This document shows positions 19,901 through 29,182 of a stretch of DNA of 64,000 nt, one piece after another. Made by a program: the position numbers and the translations under genes. Numbering within the stretch: position 1 is the stretch's first letter; each line of letters opens with the position of its first letter. The notes beneath the pieces were generated by a model that had not been told where the DNA came from, made no database searches, and saw nothing but the letters and a program-made list of their open reading frames with translations. The stretch spans positions 384,001 to 448,000 of the forward strand of contig OZ244852.1 of the NCBI GenBank assembly GCA_965220965.1, given 5' to 3'. The DNA is from Candidatus Marinacidobacterium sp. GTDB taxonomy: Bacteria > Acidobacteriota > Vicinamibacteria > Marinacidobacterales > Marinacidobacteraceae.

Positions 19901-20031
19901 ATCTCGCGGGCAACCTCGACACCGCGGACCAGCCGCCTGGCCGCGATGCGGTCGAGCGCTACGAGGAGCTCCGCGGGCAGCTCGACGATGTCCTGGCGCG
20001 GCTCGCCGCCGCCGGCGTCAGCTCCGAGTGA
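16990..20031 (+). CDS. BNR/Asp-box repeat (VPS10/sortilin-like) beta-propeller glycosyl hydrolase-like protein
   Basis: Signal peptide, R.VGPTRGGRV, many S.D.G.TW repeats, RPFYY, HGD.H.LWI, T.GRGFWILDDL. Confidence 0.9.
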   Translation: MLRPTLLPLAVLIGALAAPMALAPQASAQPDADLLSALRYRSVGPTRGGRVTAVAGHRSQPGTFYMGATGGGVWKTTDYGHNWHPISDQAFRSPSIGAIAVAESDPDVVYVSTGSDGLRSNVIMGKGVYRSDDAGVTWKSLGLENTGNTGALLVHPEDADTAWLAAIGNPFAPNPERGVYRTRDGGANWELVLHVSERTGATDLEFAPDDPDTIYASMWEAERKPWTIRSGGMEGGVQRSRNGGDTWEVLEDGLPTGLRGKSDLAVSPADPDRVYVLIEAPGTDGGVYRSDDRGDTWRQVSDFQPIRNRPFYYTNLHAHPTDADTLWGMAEGYWKSTDAGETWERKFTPHGDNHDLWINPDSPNIQIQANDGGANVTIDGGETWSTQENQSTAELYQVDVSDDFPYRLYAGQQDNSTISVPAYPTEFRPGGQTAHWEAIGGCETGPVVPKPGDPDVVYANCKGRFGLYNARTGQEEQYYVGFWNLYGHNPRDLQYRFQRTVPIHVSPHSAERVFHGSQYVHVTENGGRTWRTISPDLTAFTPETQVVSGDPITLDVTGEEHFAVLYDIQESPHEEGVIWAGANDGPIHVTRDGGRTWSEVTPPELGPYGRVQNIEVSPHRPGKAYAAVLRYQLGDFTPHAYRTEDYGQTWTRMTDGTNGVPNDHPVRVVREDPDREGLLYLGSEWGMFVSFDDGASWTSFQQNLPITPITDIKIVRKDLVLSTMGRGFWILDDLSPLHQAEAAAGSTSGVHLFAPRDEIRFRVAGGFGGGRGPVDPEYPTPGPRFTFSLPADAASARIEIRDAEGEVVRSYESGGPGASSERVQAMRAPGFRARGDASVPTSAGVHRFAWDMRHVGAKDGRGNPSGRGVLAAPGRYTVELTVDGATVSRDFRLRMDPRVVREGWVTAEHVREQVELALLARDALSEARMAASRLEAAMESGSSAELEAIHDDLVTDPIRYSRPMLADQIAYLAGNLDTADQPPGRDAVERYEELRGQLDDVLARLAAAGVSSE

Positions 20032-20085
20032 GGCGCCCGGCGATCCCGGGGACCGTCTGGTGACGGTCCCCGCCGGGAGGGGTCG

Positions 20086-21348
20086 GTGACGATCCCGGAT
20101 CCCGGCGTCCGGATCAACGGTCCCCGGCTCGTTGAGTCCATCGCGCAGCTCGCCCAGATCGGCGCTACGCCCGAGGGGGGCGCCCAGCGGCTGGCGTTCA
20201 CCGACGCCGATCGCCGGGGGCGCGAACTGGTTCGGTCGTGGATGGAGGAAGCCGGCCTCGAGGTCCGGGTGGACGGGATCGGCAACGTCTTCGGGCGACG
20301 GGCCGGGACCGGAGCGGGCGAGCTCGCTCCGGTGATCCTGGGCTCGCACATCGACACCGTGGGGAACGGCGGCCGCTACGACGGCAACCTGGGGGTCCTC
20401 GCGGCCCTCGAGGTCGCGCGGACGCTCAACGATGCGGGCGCCTCCACGCTGCGGCCGCTGGAGGTCGCGTTCTTCTCGAACGAGGAGGGCTCCCGCTACC
20501 ACCCGGACATGATGGGGAGCTTCGTCTACATCGGGGGGATGACGCCGGAAGCGGCGCACGCGCTTCCTTCCCCTGACCAGAGTACGACGCTCGGCGAGGA
20601 ACTTGCGTCCATCGGGTTCCTTGGGGACGCTCCGCTCCCCGGCCCCGTCCCGTTCGCCTACGTGGAGCTCCACATCGAACAGGGGCCGATCCTCGAGGCG
20701 GAGAACATCCCGCTCGGCGCGGTGACCGGCGTGCAGGCGATCCTCTGGGAGGAGATCACCGTGTCCGGCGCCGCGAACCACGCGGGCACGACGCCGATGT
20801 CGTTTCGCCACGACGCCGGTCTGGCGGCCGCCGAGGCCACCGTGCTGGCCCGCCGGATCGCGGGATCGATTTCCGACCAGGTGGCCACCATCGGCCAGAT
20901 GCGCCACGAGCCGGGGCTGGTGAACGTCGTTCCGGGCCGGGTCGTGTTCTCGGTGGATCTCCGGAACCCCGATCCCGACCGGCTGGACCAGGCGGAGCGC
21001 GAGTTTTTCGCCGGCCTCGAGGAGATCACCGGGCGCGAAGGGGTCCGCTTCGGGCGCCGCGAGCTGGCGCGCTTCGCCCCCGACCGGTTCGACGAGCAGA
21101 TCATCTCCCGGGTCGAGGCCGCCGCCGAAATCCTGGATATGCCCTGCCGGCGGATTCCGTCCGGCGCGGGCCACGACGCCCAGATGCTGTCGCGGGTCTG
21201 CCCCGCCGGCATGATCTTCATCCCGTCGGTGAACGGGATCAGTCACAGCCCTCACGAATGGAGCCGCGACGAGCACATCACGGCGGGTGGAGACGCCCTG
21301 CTGCTCGTCGCTCTCTCGCTTCTGGATCAGGCCGACCTCGGCGGCTGA
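20086..21348 (+). CDS. M20 family Zn amidohydrolase (N-carbamoyl-L-amino acid / allantoate amidohydrolase-like)
   Basis: GSHIDTV..GGRYDG.LGV, NEEG, ELHIEQGP, NHAGTTPM, SGAGHDA, SHSPHE. Confidence 0.93.
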   Translation: MTIPDPGVRINGPRLVESIAQLAQIGATPEGGAQRLAFTDADRRGRELVRSWMEEAGLEVRVDGIGNVFGRRAGTGAGELAPVILGSHIDTVGNGGRYDGNLGVLAALEVARTLNDAGASTLRPLEVAFFSNEEGSRYHPDMMGSFVYIGGMTPEAAHALPSPDQSTTLGEELASIGFLGDAPLPGPVPFAYVELHIEQGPILEAENIPLGAVTGVQAILWEEITVSGAANHAGTTPMSFRHDAGLAAAEATVLARRIAGSISDQVATIGQMRHEPGLVNVVPGRVVFSVDLRNPDPDRLDQAEREFFAGLEEITGREGVRFGRRELARFAPDRFDEQIISRVEAAAEILDMPCRRIPSGAGHDAQMLSRVCPAGMIFIPSVNGISHSPHEWSRDEHITAGGDALLLVALSLLDQADLGG

Positions 21349-21390
21349 CCGGAAGCGCGGTACCCTCCGGACGCGAACAGGAGAACAGAC

Positions 21391-21684
21391 ATGGCCAGCA
21401 AGGTGACCGTTGCGCGCGCTCTCGCCGCCAGGCTCGGTGTGAAATACAACCGGGGTCACGGCCCCGACATCCGCACCGACGACTGCACGATCAACGTGGA
21501 GACCTCGCGGACTCTCGATACGGCGTGCTCCCGCCTGAAGGGCTATCGCGGTCCGGTCTACATCGCCCTCGCCAACCCCGCCGACCTGGAAGACGCCGAG
21601 TGGTACACCAGCGGGACGACGGTCGGTCTCATGGACGCGAACGGCAAGATCCTGCAGGAATCCACCCGCCGATACTGGCCCTGA
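21391..21684 (+). CDS. small hypothetical protein, possibly a minimal PD-(D/E)xK-like fold
   Basis: AGGAGA RBS, good codon bias; GPDI-x7-NVET. Confidence 0.7.
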   Translation: MASKVTVARALAARLGVKYNRGHGPDIRTDDCTINVETSRTLDTACSRLKGYRGPVYIALANPADLEDAEWYTSGTTVGLMDANGKILQESTRRYWP

Positions 21685-21773
21685 CGACCGGGGCGGGGGT
21701 CCCTCTTTCCCCGGGCGGCGGGTCGCCGCGGATGCGGTGACCGCCTCCTGATGATCCAACCAGAACACCGGAA

Positions 21774-23810
21774 ATGAGCAGGCGCGGCCTCTTCCTCTTC
21801 GGACCGGCCCAGGATCTCGTCCTCCTGATCGCGACGCCGGTCCTGATCCTGCCCTTCGCGTTCCTGTTCTCGGGAAGGGAGTCGGCGTACACCGTCGGTC
21901 TGCTGGTCGCGGGCTTCGGCGCGCTCGGCCACCACCTGCCCGGGATGATGCGCGCCTACGGCGATCGGGCGCTGTTCCGCCGCTTCCGGACGCGGTTCCT
22001 GCTTTCCCCGGTCGTCCTGCTCGCCGCCGCGTTCGGCTTCGCCCTGAACGGGCTCAACGGCGTCTCCCTCGTCGTGCTCGTCTGGGGGATCTGGCACGGC
22101 GCGCTCCAGGTTTACGGCTTCCTGCGCATCTACGACGCCCGGGTCGGGGCCTTCTCGCGCTGGAACGCGCGGCTCGACTTCGCGATGTGCATCGGCTGGT
22201 TCGCGCTCGGCGTGCTCCATTCCGACGGCCGGCTGGGCGAGCTCCTCGAGCTCTGGTACGCGCTGGGCGCGCCGCTGATCGCTCCCGAGGTGTTCTTCGG
22301 CTTCCGGCAGGCGTTCGACTACGCCGTCTTCGGGCTCACCGCGGTGTTCGTGTTCCGGGCCGGGCGCGACCTGCTCGCCGGACGCGGTCAGCATCCGGTG
22401 AAGCTGCTCGCCGCCGCGATGTCCTTCGGGTTCTGGTGGTGGTGTTCGGCGATGGTTCCCCACGCGGTGCTCGGGGTGGCGCTGTTCGAGGTCTTCCACG
22501 ACGTGCAGTACCTGTCCATCGTGTGGGCGTTCAACCGCCGGCGGGCGCGGGACCCGGAGGCCGGGGGCTTCACCCGCGTCGTGTTCGGCGGGGCCCGCGC
22601 GATGATCCTGGTCTACGTCGGGCTGGTCTTCGGGTACGGGCTCATCCGGTTCGTGCCCGAAGCGGTGACCTCGGCCGCGCTGCAGCAGGGGGTCTTCGCG
22701 CTGGTCGCCGCCTCCACCATGCTCCACTTCTATTTCGACGGCTTCATCTGGAAGATCCGCGAGCGCGAAACCGGCGACGCCCTGGGGATCCGGCGGGAGG
22801 GGGGAGATCCCGGCGGAGCGCAACCAACGGGCCCTCGGCGCCGGAACCCCGTCGGAGCGCTCCTGACCCCGCACTTCGGCAGGTGGGTTGCGCTCTTCGG
22901 CGTCCCGCTCGCCGTCCTGTATCTGCTGGAGACGCGGGGCTCCACTGTCCCCCTCCGGGACCGTTACGAGAACCTCACGGCGCTCGCCCCCGGGAACGCC
23001 GAGTTCCATCACAACCTCGGTTTCGCCTACCGGGAGGCCGGCGACCTCGACGCCGCCGAAGCCGGCTACCGACGCGCCCTCGAGATCGACCCGGAGTACC
23101 CCCGGGCTCACGCCAATCTCGGGATCGTCCTGCTCACCCGGGGGGCCTGGGAGCAGGCGGAGACGGCGCTGCGGCAAGCGGTGCGCCTCGACGACGGGTA
23201 CGCCGCGGCCCACCACAACCTGGCGTTCATTCACGAACGGGTGGGAGTCCGGCTGGACGCCGAGCGCCACTACCGCCGCGCCGCCGAACTCGACCCGGAA
23301 CTCGTCGAGCCCCGGCTTGGGCTCGCCCGCCTCCATCTCGCCGCCGACAACCCGACGGCGGCGGAGGAAGTGCTCGAAGGGGCGCTCGAAGTGGACCCCC
23401 GTCTCGCCGAAGCGCACCGGAATCTGGGGCTGATCCGCGCCGGACGCGGTGACTACGAGGCTGCGCTCCGTCATCTCGAGGCGTCGCTCGAGCAGGTTCC
23501 CGACGACGGCCCCTCGCTGGAGACCGCCGCCTGGATCCTCGCGGTGTCTCCCGGGCTCCGGGATCCGGAGCGGGCGGTGCGCTACGCCTCCGCCGCCTCC
23601 GAACTCGCCGGGCACCTCAACCCTTCGGCGGCGGACACCCTCGGCGCGGCGCTCGCCGCCGCCGGGGACTTCGAGGCGGCGCTGGTCGCGGCGCGAACCG
23701 CCGAGGCGCTGGCGCACGACGCGGGGAACGAAGACCTGGCCGAAGCGATCGCCTCCCGGATCCGGCTCTACGAGTCGGGGATGGCGGTCACCGTGGCGCC
23801 GGGCCAATGA
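21774..23810 (+). CDS. polytopic membrane protein with conserved His motifs fused to TPR repeats
   Basis: Many hydrophobic helices with GHH, WHG..Q.YG, HDVQY and HFYFDG.IW, followed by repeated A..NLG....G....A...Y..AL..DP. Confidence 0.85.
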   Translation: MSRRGLFLFGPAQDLVLLIATPVLILPFAFLFSGRESAYTVGLLVAGFGALGHHLPGMMRAYGDRALFRRFRTRFLLSPVVLLAAAFGFALNGLNGVSLVVLVWGIWHGALQVYGFLRIYDARVGAFSRWNARLDFAMCIGWFALGVLHSDGRLGELLELWYALGAPLIAPEVFFGFRQAFDYAVFGLTAVFVFRAGRDLLAGRGQHPVKLLAAAMSFGFWWWCSAMVPHAVLGVALFEVFHDVQYLSIVWAFNRRRARDPEAGGFTRVVFGGARAMILVYVGLVFGYGLIRFVPEAVTSAALQQGVFALVAASTMLHFYFDGFIWKIRERETGDALGIRREGGDPGGAQPTGPRRRNPVGALLTPHFGRWVALFGVPLAVLYLLETRGSTVPLRDRYENLTALAPGNAEFHHNLGFAYREAGDLDAAEAGYRRALEIDPEYPRAHANLGIVLLTRGAWEQAETALRQAVRLDDGYAAAHHNLAFIHERVGVRLDAERHYRRAAELDPELVEPRLGLARLHLAADNPTAAEEVLEGALEVDPRLAEAHRNLGLIRAGRGDYEAALRHLEASLEQVPDDGPSLETAAWILAVSPGLRDPERAVRYASAASELAGHLNPSAADTLGAALAAAGDFEAALVAARTAEALAHDAGNEDLAEAIASRIRLYESGMAVTVAPGQ

Positions 23811-25948
23811 AGCGTCCTTCCGGACGCGCCGCCGGAGCGATCGGCCTGGCGGGGGCGTTGCTCGCGGCCGTCCCGGCCACCGGGCAGGAGCGGGCGGAAA
23901 TGGCCCCCCGGCACCGGGTCTTCCTCGACGAGGAGGTGGTCTACATCATCTCCCGGGCCGAGCGCGAGGCGTTTGAGGCTCTCGAGGGCGAGGACCTCCG
24001 GGACGCCTTCATCGACGCCTTCTGGCGTCGCCGGGACCCGGATCCCACGACCGCGGAGAACGAGTTCCGCGAGGAGCACTTCGCCCGGATCGCCTACGCC
24101 AACGAGTTCTACGGCCGGGACACCGGGCGCGAGGGCTGGCGCACCGACCGGGGGCGCTTCCACATCGTGCTGGGCCCGCCGAGAACGAAGGAAGACCTGT
24201 CCCATTCCGACGCGATCTATCCGGTCGAGCTGTGGTTCTACAACGATCCGGCGCTCCAGGAGATGGGGATCCCGCCGTTCTTCCACCTGCTCTTCTTCCG
24301 CCGCTTCGGCGCCGGCGAAATGCGGCTCTACAGCCCGGTGGAGGACGGACCGCAGGCGCTGCTGGTCGCGCCGTCCCCCTTCATCCAGGGGGACTTCCGG
24401 CTGGCGCAGGAACAGGCCTACGACGACCTCTACATCATCAGCCCGGAACTCGCCTCCGCGGCTCTCTCCTTCCGGACCGACGAGGGCTCGAGCTTCGGCG
24501 ACATCCGGGGGTTCGGGACCGTCTCGCTCCTCGACGAGATCTACCGCGCGCCGACCTTCGGACTGGACACGAGCTACGCGGAACGCTTCGAACCGGGCGT
24601 CGTGGAGAGCGATTACCTGTTCCACTTCGTCGCCAGCGACGGCGTCTTTCATGTCCTGCCCGGTCCGGGGGGGTACTACCTCCACTGGGCGATCGAGGTT
24701 CCTCCCTCCAGCCTCTCGGTCGTCCGCGATCCGGAGACCGGACGCCACGGAGCGGTCTTCATCGCCTCGATCGAAGTCACCGGTCGCGAAGACCCGGAGC
24801 GGATCCTCTACGAGGACCGCGCCGAGTCGTTCTTCGCGGTCTCCGCCGACGAGGCCGCGGCGCTCGGCCGTCCCTTCCTCTTCCGCGGCGTCGTTCCGGT
24901 GATCGCCGGCGATGCGGAGTTCCGGGTGGTCCTGCGCAACCGGGCGTGTCCCAGCCGTGAGGAGGAGGAGTGCCTGCGGGCCTACACGCTGCTGGTCGGG
25001 GCCTTCGAGGTTCCCCGGCTGCAGTTCGACGCCCCCGACCTGACCCCTCCGGTGCTCGGCTGGTCCACCGAAACCCTCGGCGGCGCGCCGCTCTACCGAA
25101 GTTACCGCTTCGGAGGCCGTCGCATTTCCCCGAGTCCGGCCCGGGTGTTCGCGGCGAGCGATTCGCTCACGCTGCTTTCCGAGCCGCTGAACGCCCCGGA
25201 GGGCGCCCGGGTGGAATGGAAGGTGGCCCCCGATCCGGAGGACCCGGCTTCGGCGGTGCGAACCTCCGCCGTCCTCGAGGGGTCGGTCGCCGCGTCGATC
25301 GAACGCGACGGTCCGCTCATCCTTCGCCAGCCGCTCGACGGCCTGCCCGGGGGGCGCTACCTGGTGGAGGTCCGGCTGGTCGAAGCTGGCGGAGCGGTGG
25401 TGGCGCGCCGGGAGGAGCGGTTCAGCGTCACGCCGAGGGCCCGCGTCGTCCGGCCGGCGGTGGACGGCGGCATCGGCGAGTTCCGGGCGGAGGTCGCCGG
25501 CGCCCCCGAGCTGGCCAGGGCGCGGCAGTGGGAGGCGCGGGGAGACCGGGCGAGCGCGCGCGCCTTCGCCGAGGCCAGCGTCGAGGTCGGGCCCGGGTTT
25601 GCGCCCGCGCGGGAGTTCCTGGCCGGACTTCTGCTGCGCGACGAGTCAGCCGCCGACCCGCCGCGCGTCGTGGAGCTGCTGGCCCCGGTCTTCGAGGCGC
25701 ATCCCGACCGCTACCAGACGGCCCGGCGCCTCGGAGAGGCCCGGGTTCGCAGCGGCGACTTCGAGGGCGCGGTCGCGCCGCTCACCCGGGCGATGGAGCT
25801 GCGACCGCCCGACGCCGATCTTCTTGTGCTGCTCGCGACCGCCCGGCTGGTGCTGGGGGATGAGGCGGAGGCGGCCCGGTTGCTGGACCGCGCCTACGCC
25901 CTCGACCCCGACAACGAGCGGGTTCTGGCGTTGCGCCGGCGCGGCTGA
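23807..25948 (+). CDS. GWxTD domain protein with C-terminal TPRs
   Basis: FW.RRDPDP.T.ENEFR.EH..R..YAN, GWRTDRG...I.LGPP; ATGA overlap with the upstream gene. Confidence 0.92.
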   Translation: MKRPSGRAAGAIGLAGALLAAVPATGQERAEMAPRHRVFLDEEVVYIISRAEREAFEALEGEDLRDAFIDAFWRRRDPDPTTAENEFREEHFARIAYANEFYGRDTGREGWRTDRGRFHIVLGPPRTKEDLSHSDAIYPVELWFYNDPALQEMGIPPFFHLLFFRRFGAGEMRLYSPVEDGPQALLVAPSPFIQGDFRLAQEQAYDDLYIISPELASAALSFRTDEGSSFGDIRGFGTVSLLDEIYRAPTFGLDTSYAERFEPGVVESDYLFHFVASDGVFHVLPGPGGYYLHWAIEVPPSSLSVVRDPETGRHGAVFIASIEVTGREDPERILYEDRAESFFAVSADEAAALGRPFLFRGVVPVIAGDAEFRVVLRNRACPSREEEECLRAYTLLVGAFEVPRLQFDAPDLTPPVLGWSTETLGGAPLYRSYRFGGRRISPSPARVFAASDSLTLLSEPLNAPEGARVEWKVAPDPEDPASAVRTSAVLEGSVAASIERDGPLILRQPLDGLPGGRYLVEVRLVEAGGAVVARREERFSVTPRARVVRPAVDGGIGEFRAEVAGAPELARARQWEARGDRASARAFAEASVEVGPGFAPAREFLAGLLLRDESAADPPRVVELLAPVFEAHPDRYQTARRLGEARVRSGDFEGAVAPLTRAMELRPPDADLLVLLATARLVLGDEAEAARLLDRAYALDPDNERVLALRRRG

Positions 25949-25958
25949 GTCGTCGCGC

Positions 25959-25997
25959 AAAAGGGAAAGGGCGGCGGGCCGTTCGGCCCGCCGCCCT
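25959..25997 (-). terminator. intrinsic terminator hairpin between convergent genes
   Basis: AGGGCGGCGGGCC-GTTC-GGCCCGCCGCCCT perfect stem; the A-rich left flank reads as a U-rich tail on the - strand. Confidence 0.75.
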
Positions 25998-26013
25998 CGA
26001 ATGGGTCCTGGCG

Positions 26014-28884
26014 TCAGAACCGGTAGCGCGCTCCCAGCTTGTAGGTCCGCGGCTCGAGGAAGCCGATGACCCGGCCGTAGGCCGAGCCGGCGCGGATGAT
26101 CTGGTTCAGCACCGGGTTCGCGTTCGTCACGTTGAAGCCGTCGAAGAACAGCGACAACTGGTCGCGGGACCAGAACGAGAGGTTCACCTCGGCGCGGAGG
26201 TCGAGGATGTAGACATCGTCCGATCGCTCGGTCATGTCGGAAAGCGGCACCTGGTTCGTTCCCGCCGCGCCCGGAATCGAGACCGCGAACAGCGGCGCGT
26301 AGTTCCAGCCGCTCTGCGCCCGGTACTGGAAGGAGAGCGCCGCCGGGATCCTCGAGAACTGATAGCGGCCGATGGCCTTCAGGTTCCAGTTGGTGTGCTG
26401 CTGCTTGGTGCTCACCGCCGAGTTCCAGTTGAGCCCGGCTCCCTGGATGCCGAGCGTCCAGGGGTCGGCCTGGGTGTCAGCGCTCCCGCTGCTGCCGCAG
26501 CAGACGAGCTCGTTCCGCCACTGGTAGTGGAAGCTGCCCTGGAGGAACAGCCCGCTCCGGAACCGCCGGCCGAGGCCGATCTCGAGGTTGTCGTAGTCGT
26601 TCGAGTCCAGTCCGGCGGGGCCGGTCCGGACCTCGTTCGCGGTTGCGGTGCCCGCGGGCGGCCGGGTCAGCGTCGTGAGCTGCTGGAACCCCTCGGGCGT
26701 CGGGCAGGGGAAGATCTCGTCGCCGCAGAGGATCGCGTTGTTCAGCAGCGCATCGAGGAGCGCCGGCCGGTAGGTGTCGAAGACGTTCCGGTCCATCTTG
26801 CGGACGTAGGAGAGCCGCAGGTTGGTCTCCGGGAGGATCTCGCTCTCGAGCGAGGCGGTGATCTCGTCGTAGTAGCGCTTCTGCGAAAGGTCCACCGGGA
26901 CGCCGCCCTCGACGCGGCCCACCGGGAGACCGGTCCCGGAGGACTGGCTCAGCAGCGCCCCGAGTTCGTTCTGCCCGTCGTAGATCCCGTTGCCATTCGG
27001 GTCGTTGAACTCGAAGACCACCGACTGGAACGCGGCGGGGTTCGCGCCGACGAAACCGTCGGGCCCGACGTTATGGGTGTAGCGGCTCGCCGAGGCCTTG
27101 ACCACGGTGCGGCCCTCGCCCGTCAGGTCGTACGTGACGGCGAACCGGGGGTAGAAGTCGTTCCAGGTGAAGATGCCCTTCTTCTGGATCGAGACGCCGC
27201 TCAGGAAGAACTCGGGATGCTCGGGCGAGAGGTCGGAGGAGTTGTAGTACCCGTGCTGATTCGCGATCCGGATGCCGGCGGTGAGCGTGAGCCGGGGGTT
27301 GATCTGCCAGGTGTCCTGGGCGAAGAAGTGGAGGTTCCGGTCGCGGGTGTCGGATCGGGCCGTCGGGACGTTCGCGAACAGGATCTCCGAAATCCCGAGC
27401 GGGTTCGACGGGGAGATCAGGCTGGAGCGGTCGCGGTACTGGATCGCGCCGGACTCGAAGTTCGAGAAGAAGAGCCGGGCGTCCTCCATGTAGTCCACGC
27501 CGAACTTCAGGTCGTGGCTCCCGGCGGCGTCCGGGATGTAGTAGTTCAGGATCCCGACGAACTGCGGCCGCTCCTTGTCATAGGTGAACGGCCAGACGCC
27601 GGCGCCCGTCCGGCGCGTGGTGTCCAGATCGACCCGGGGCGGATTGGTTCCGGGGTCCACCGCGGGCACCATCGGCCAGGTGACGCCGTAGTACATCGCC
27701 TTCACGTTCGAGAACGCCCGGTCGTTCCAGACGCGCTGCCACTCCGCCTTGTGGACCCACGTCCACGAGTCCTGCGCCAGCCGCACATCGGGGGAGTTCA
27801 GCGCGTTGATGCCGCGGTTCGGCCGGTTCTTGAGGCCCCACTGGCTGTAGCCGATGAGTTCGTCCTTTTCGGAGAGCGCCATGTTCACTTTGGCGTAGTA
27901 GTTCCGGAGGACGGCCTCTTCCTTGATGACCTCGGGGTCGAGGCCGGTGATCGCGCGGTGGGTCAGGTTGTTGTTGTAGGCGAGAAAGAACCAGGCCCTG
28001 TCGCGCAGGATCGGCCCGCCGACATCGGCGTGGGCCTCCCAGTAGGTGATCATGTGGTTCGTGCTGGCGCCCCGGCTCTCGAGCTCGGAGGTCAGGTTCT
28101 CCCCCACGAAGCCCTCGCCGAGATAGTCGGCGTAGAGCAGCGCCGAGAGGTCGTTCCCCCCGGTCTTGATGTCCATCACGATCGTGTTCCCGGCCCAGGC
28201 GTTCTCCACGTCGGCGCCGGCGTTCGAAATGTTGAACTGGTTCACCGTAAGGCTGTCCATGTAGAACCCGAACCCTCCGGTCGAGAAGTTCGAGTCGACC
28301 CCGTCGATCACGATCCGGTTCTGGTCGCGCAGGCCGAAGGCGTCAAAGCCGGACTGCTGCGCCTTGTGCGAGCCGGCCACATCGAACCCCCGCATGCGGA
28401 TGCCGGGCGTCAGCGCGAGCATGGCGTGCGGGTCGGTCGAGTTCGGGACCTCGAGGATCGCGGTGTCGTCGAAGGTCCCGCCGAAACGGCTGGACCTCAC
28501 GTCCACCACCGGCGATTCCCCGGTCACCGTGACGGTCTCGGCGACCGCCGCGACGGTGAGCGTCTGGTTCACCGTGAACGTCTGTCCGGTGACCACCGTC
28601 ACGTCCTCCCGGACGACGGTGGCGAAGCCGGACAGCTCGAACGTCATCGTGTAGCTGCCGGCCGGGAGTCCCTGGAACCGGAACGAGCCGTCCACATCCG
28701 TCACTGCGACCCGGCTTCCCAGGAGCGCGTCGGACTCGAGGGTCACGGTGACCCCCGGAAGCGAGAGGCCCTGCTCGTCGCGGGCGGCGCCGTCGAGCCT
28801 CCCGGCGGTAATCTGCGCGAACGCAAACCCCGGGATCAGAAGGAGGGCGACGATCGCCGCCGTTCGCACTCGTCTCGATTTCAT
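26014..28884 (-). CDS. TonB-dependent receptor, Oar-like, with carboxypeptidase-regulatory-like N-domain
   Basis: AGGAGA RBS, signal peptide, G..LPGVTV, ETVTVTGESPVVD, GGPILRDR.WFF, QDTW, terminal RYRF. Confidence 0.92.
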   Translation of the reverse strand: MKSRRVRTAAIVALLLIPGFAFAQITAGRLDGAARDEQGLSLPGVTVTLESDALLGSRVAVTDVDGSFRFQGLPAGSYTMTFELSGFATVVREDVTVVTGQTFTVNQTLTVAAVAETVTVTGESPVVDVRSSRFGGTFDDTAILEVPNSTDPHAMLALTPGIRMRGFDVAGSHKAQQSGFDAFGLRDQNRIVIDGVDSNFSTGGFGFYMDSLTVNQFNISNAGADVENAWAGNTIVMDIKTGGNDLSALLYADYLGEGFVGENLTSELESRGASTNHMITYWEAHADVGGPILRDRAWFFLAYNNNLTHRAITGLDPEVIKEEAVLRNYYAKVNMALSEKDELIGYSQWGLKNRPNRGINALNSPDVRLAQDSWTWVHKAEWQRVWNDRAFSNVKAMYYGVTWPMVPAVDPGTNPPRVDLDTTRRTGAGVWPFTYDKERPQFVGILNYYIPDAAGSHDLKFGVDYMEDARLFFSNFESGAIQYRDRSSLISPSNPLGISEILFANVPTARSDTRDRNLHFFAQDTWQINPRLTLTAGIRIANQHGYYNSSDLSPEHPEFFLSGVSIQKKGIFTWNDFYPRFAVTYDLTGEGRTVVKASASRYTHNVGPDGFVGANPAAFQSVVFEFNDPNGNGIYDGQNELGALLSQSSGTGLPVGRVEGGVPVDLSQKRYYDEITASLESEILPETNLRLSYVRKMDRNVFDTYRPALLDALLNNAILCGDEIFPCPTPEGFQQLTTLTRPPAGTATANEVRTGPAGLDSNDYDNLEIGLGRRFRSGLFLQGSFHYQWRNELVCCGSSGSADTQADPWTLGIQGAGLNWNSAVSTKQQHTNWNLKAIGRYQFSRIPAALSFQYRAQSGWNYAPLFAVSIPGAAGTNQVPLSDMTERSDDVYILDLRAEVNLSFWSRDQLSLFFDGFNVTNANPVLNQIIRAGSAYGRVIGFLEPRTYKLGARYRF

Positions 28885-29093
28885 GGACTCGGTTCTCCTT
28901 GTGTTCAGGCTCAGGTCCGTCGGGCCGTTTGCGCCGGCCGGTTTCGCCCGCGCTCCCGGTTGGTCGCCGGCGGAGATCCCGCTGGCGACCGGCGCCTCCC
29001 GGCGCTCCGGGGGCGTTGCGCAAGGAGCGAACCAGCCCGAGGCGGCGCGAGAGGCCACATAAGGTGTTGATCTTCTGTTTCTTTCGACGGCTT

Positions 29094-29099
29094 TGTCAA
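29094..29099 (-). promoter_or_regulatory. sigma70-type -35 hexamer for the TonB receptor gene
   Basis: Perfect TTGACA on the - strand in an AT-rich patch; only a weak -10 (GAAGAT) 18 nt downstream. Confidence 0.45.
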
Positions 29100-29182
29100 G
29101 AACCCGTTTCTTGCGGAAACTCCATGAAGTTGGATCCATCCGGGAAATTGGCGCGTTCCGGCCTCGGAGCGGGCGGCGGGCC

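Noticed and set aside
16078-21768. 1896-aa minus-strand ORF and similar giants (e.g. 26395-29070 +, 45970-48522 -, 49607-53317 +, 53645-56947 +)
   Set aside because: Antisense or alternate-frame shadows of well-supported genes; stop codons are scarce at this GC content and the translations have no family motifs
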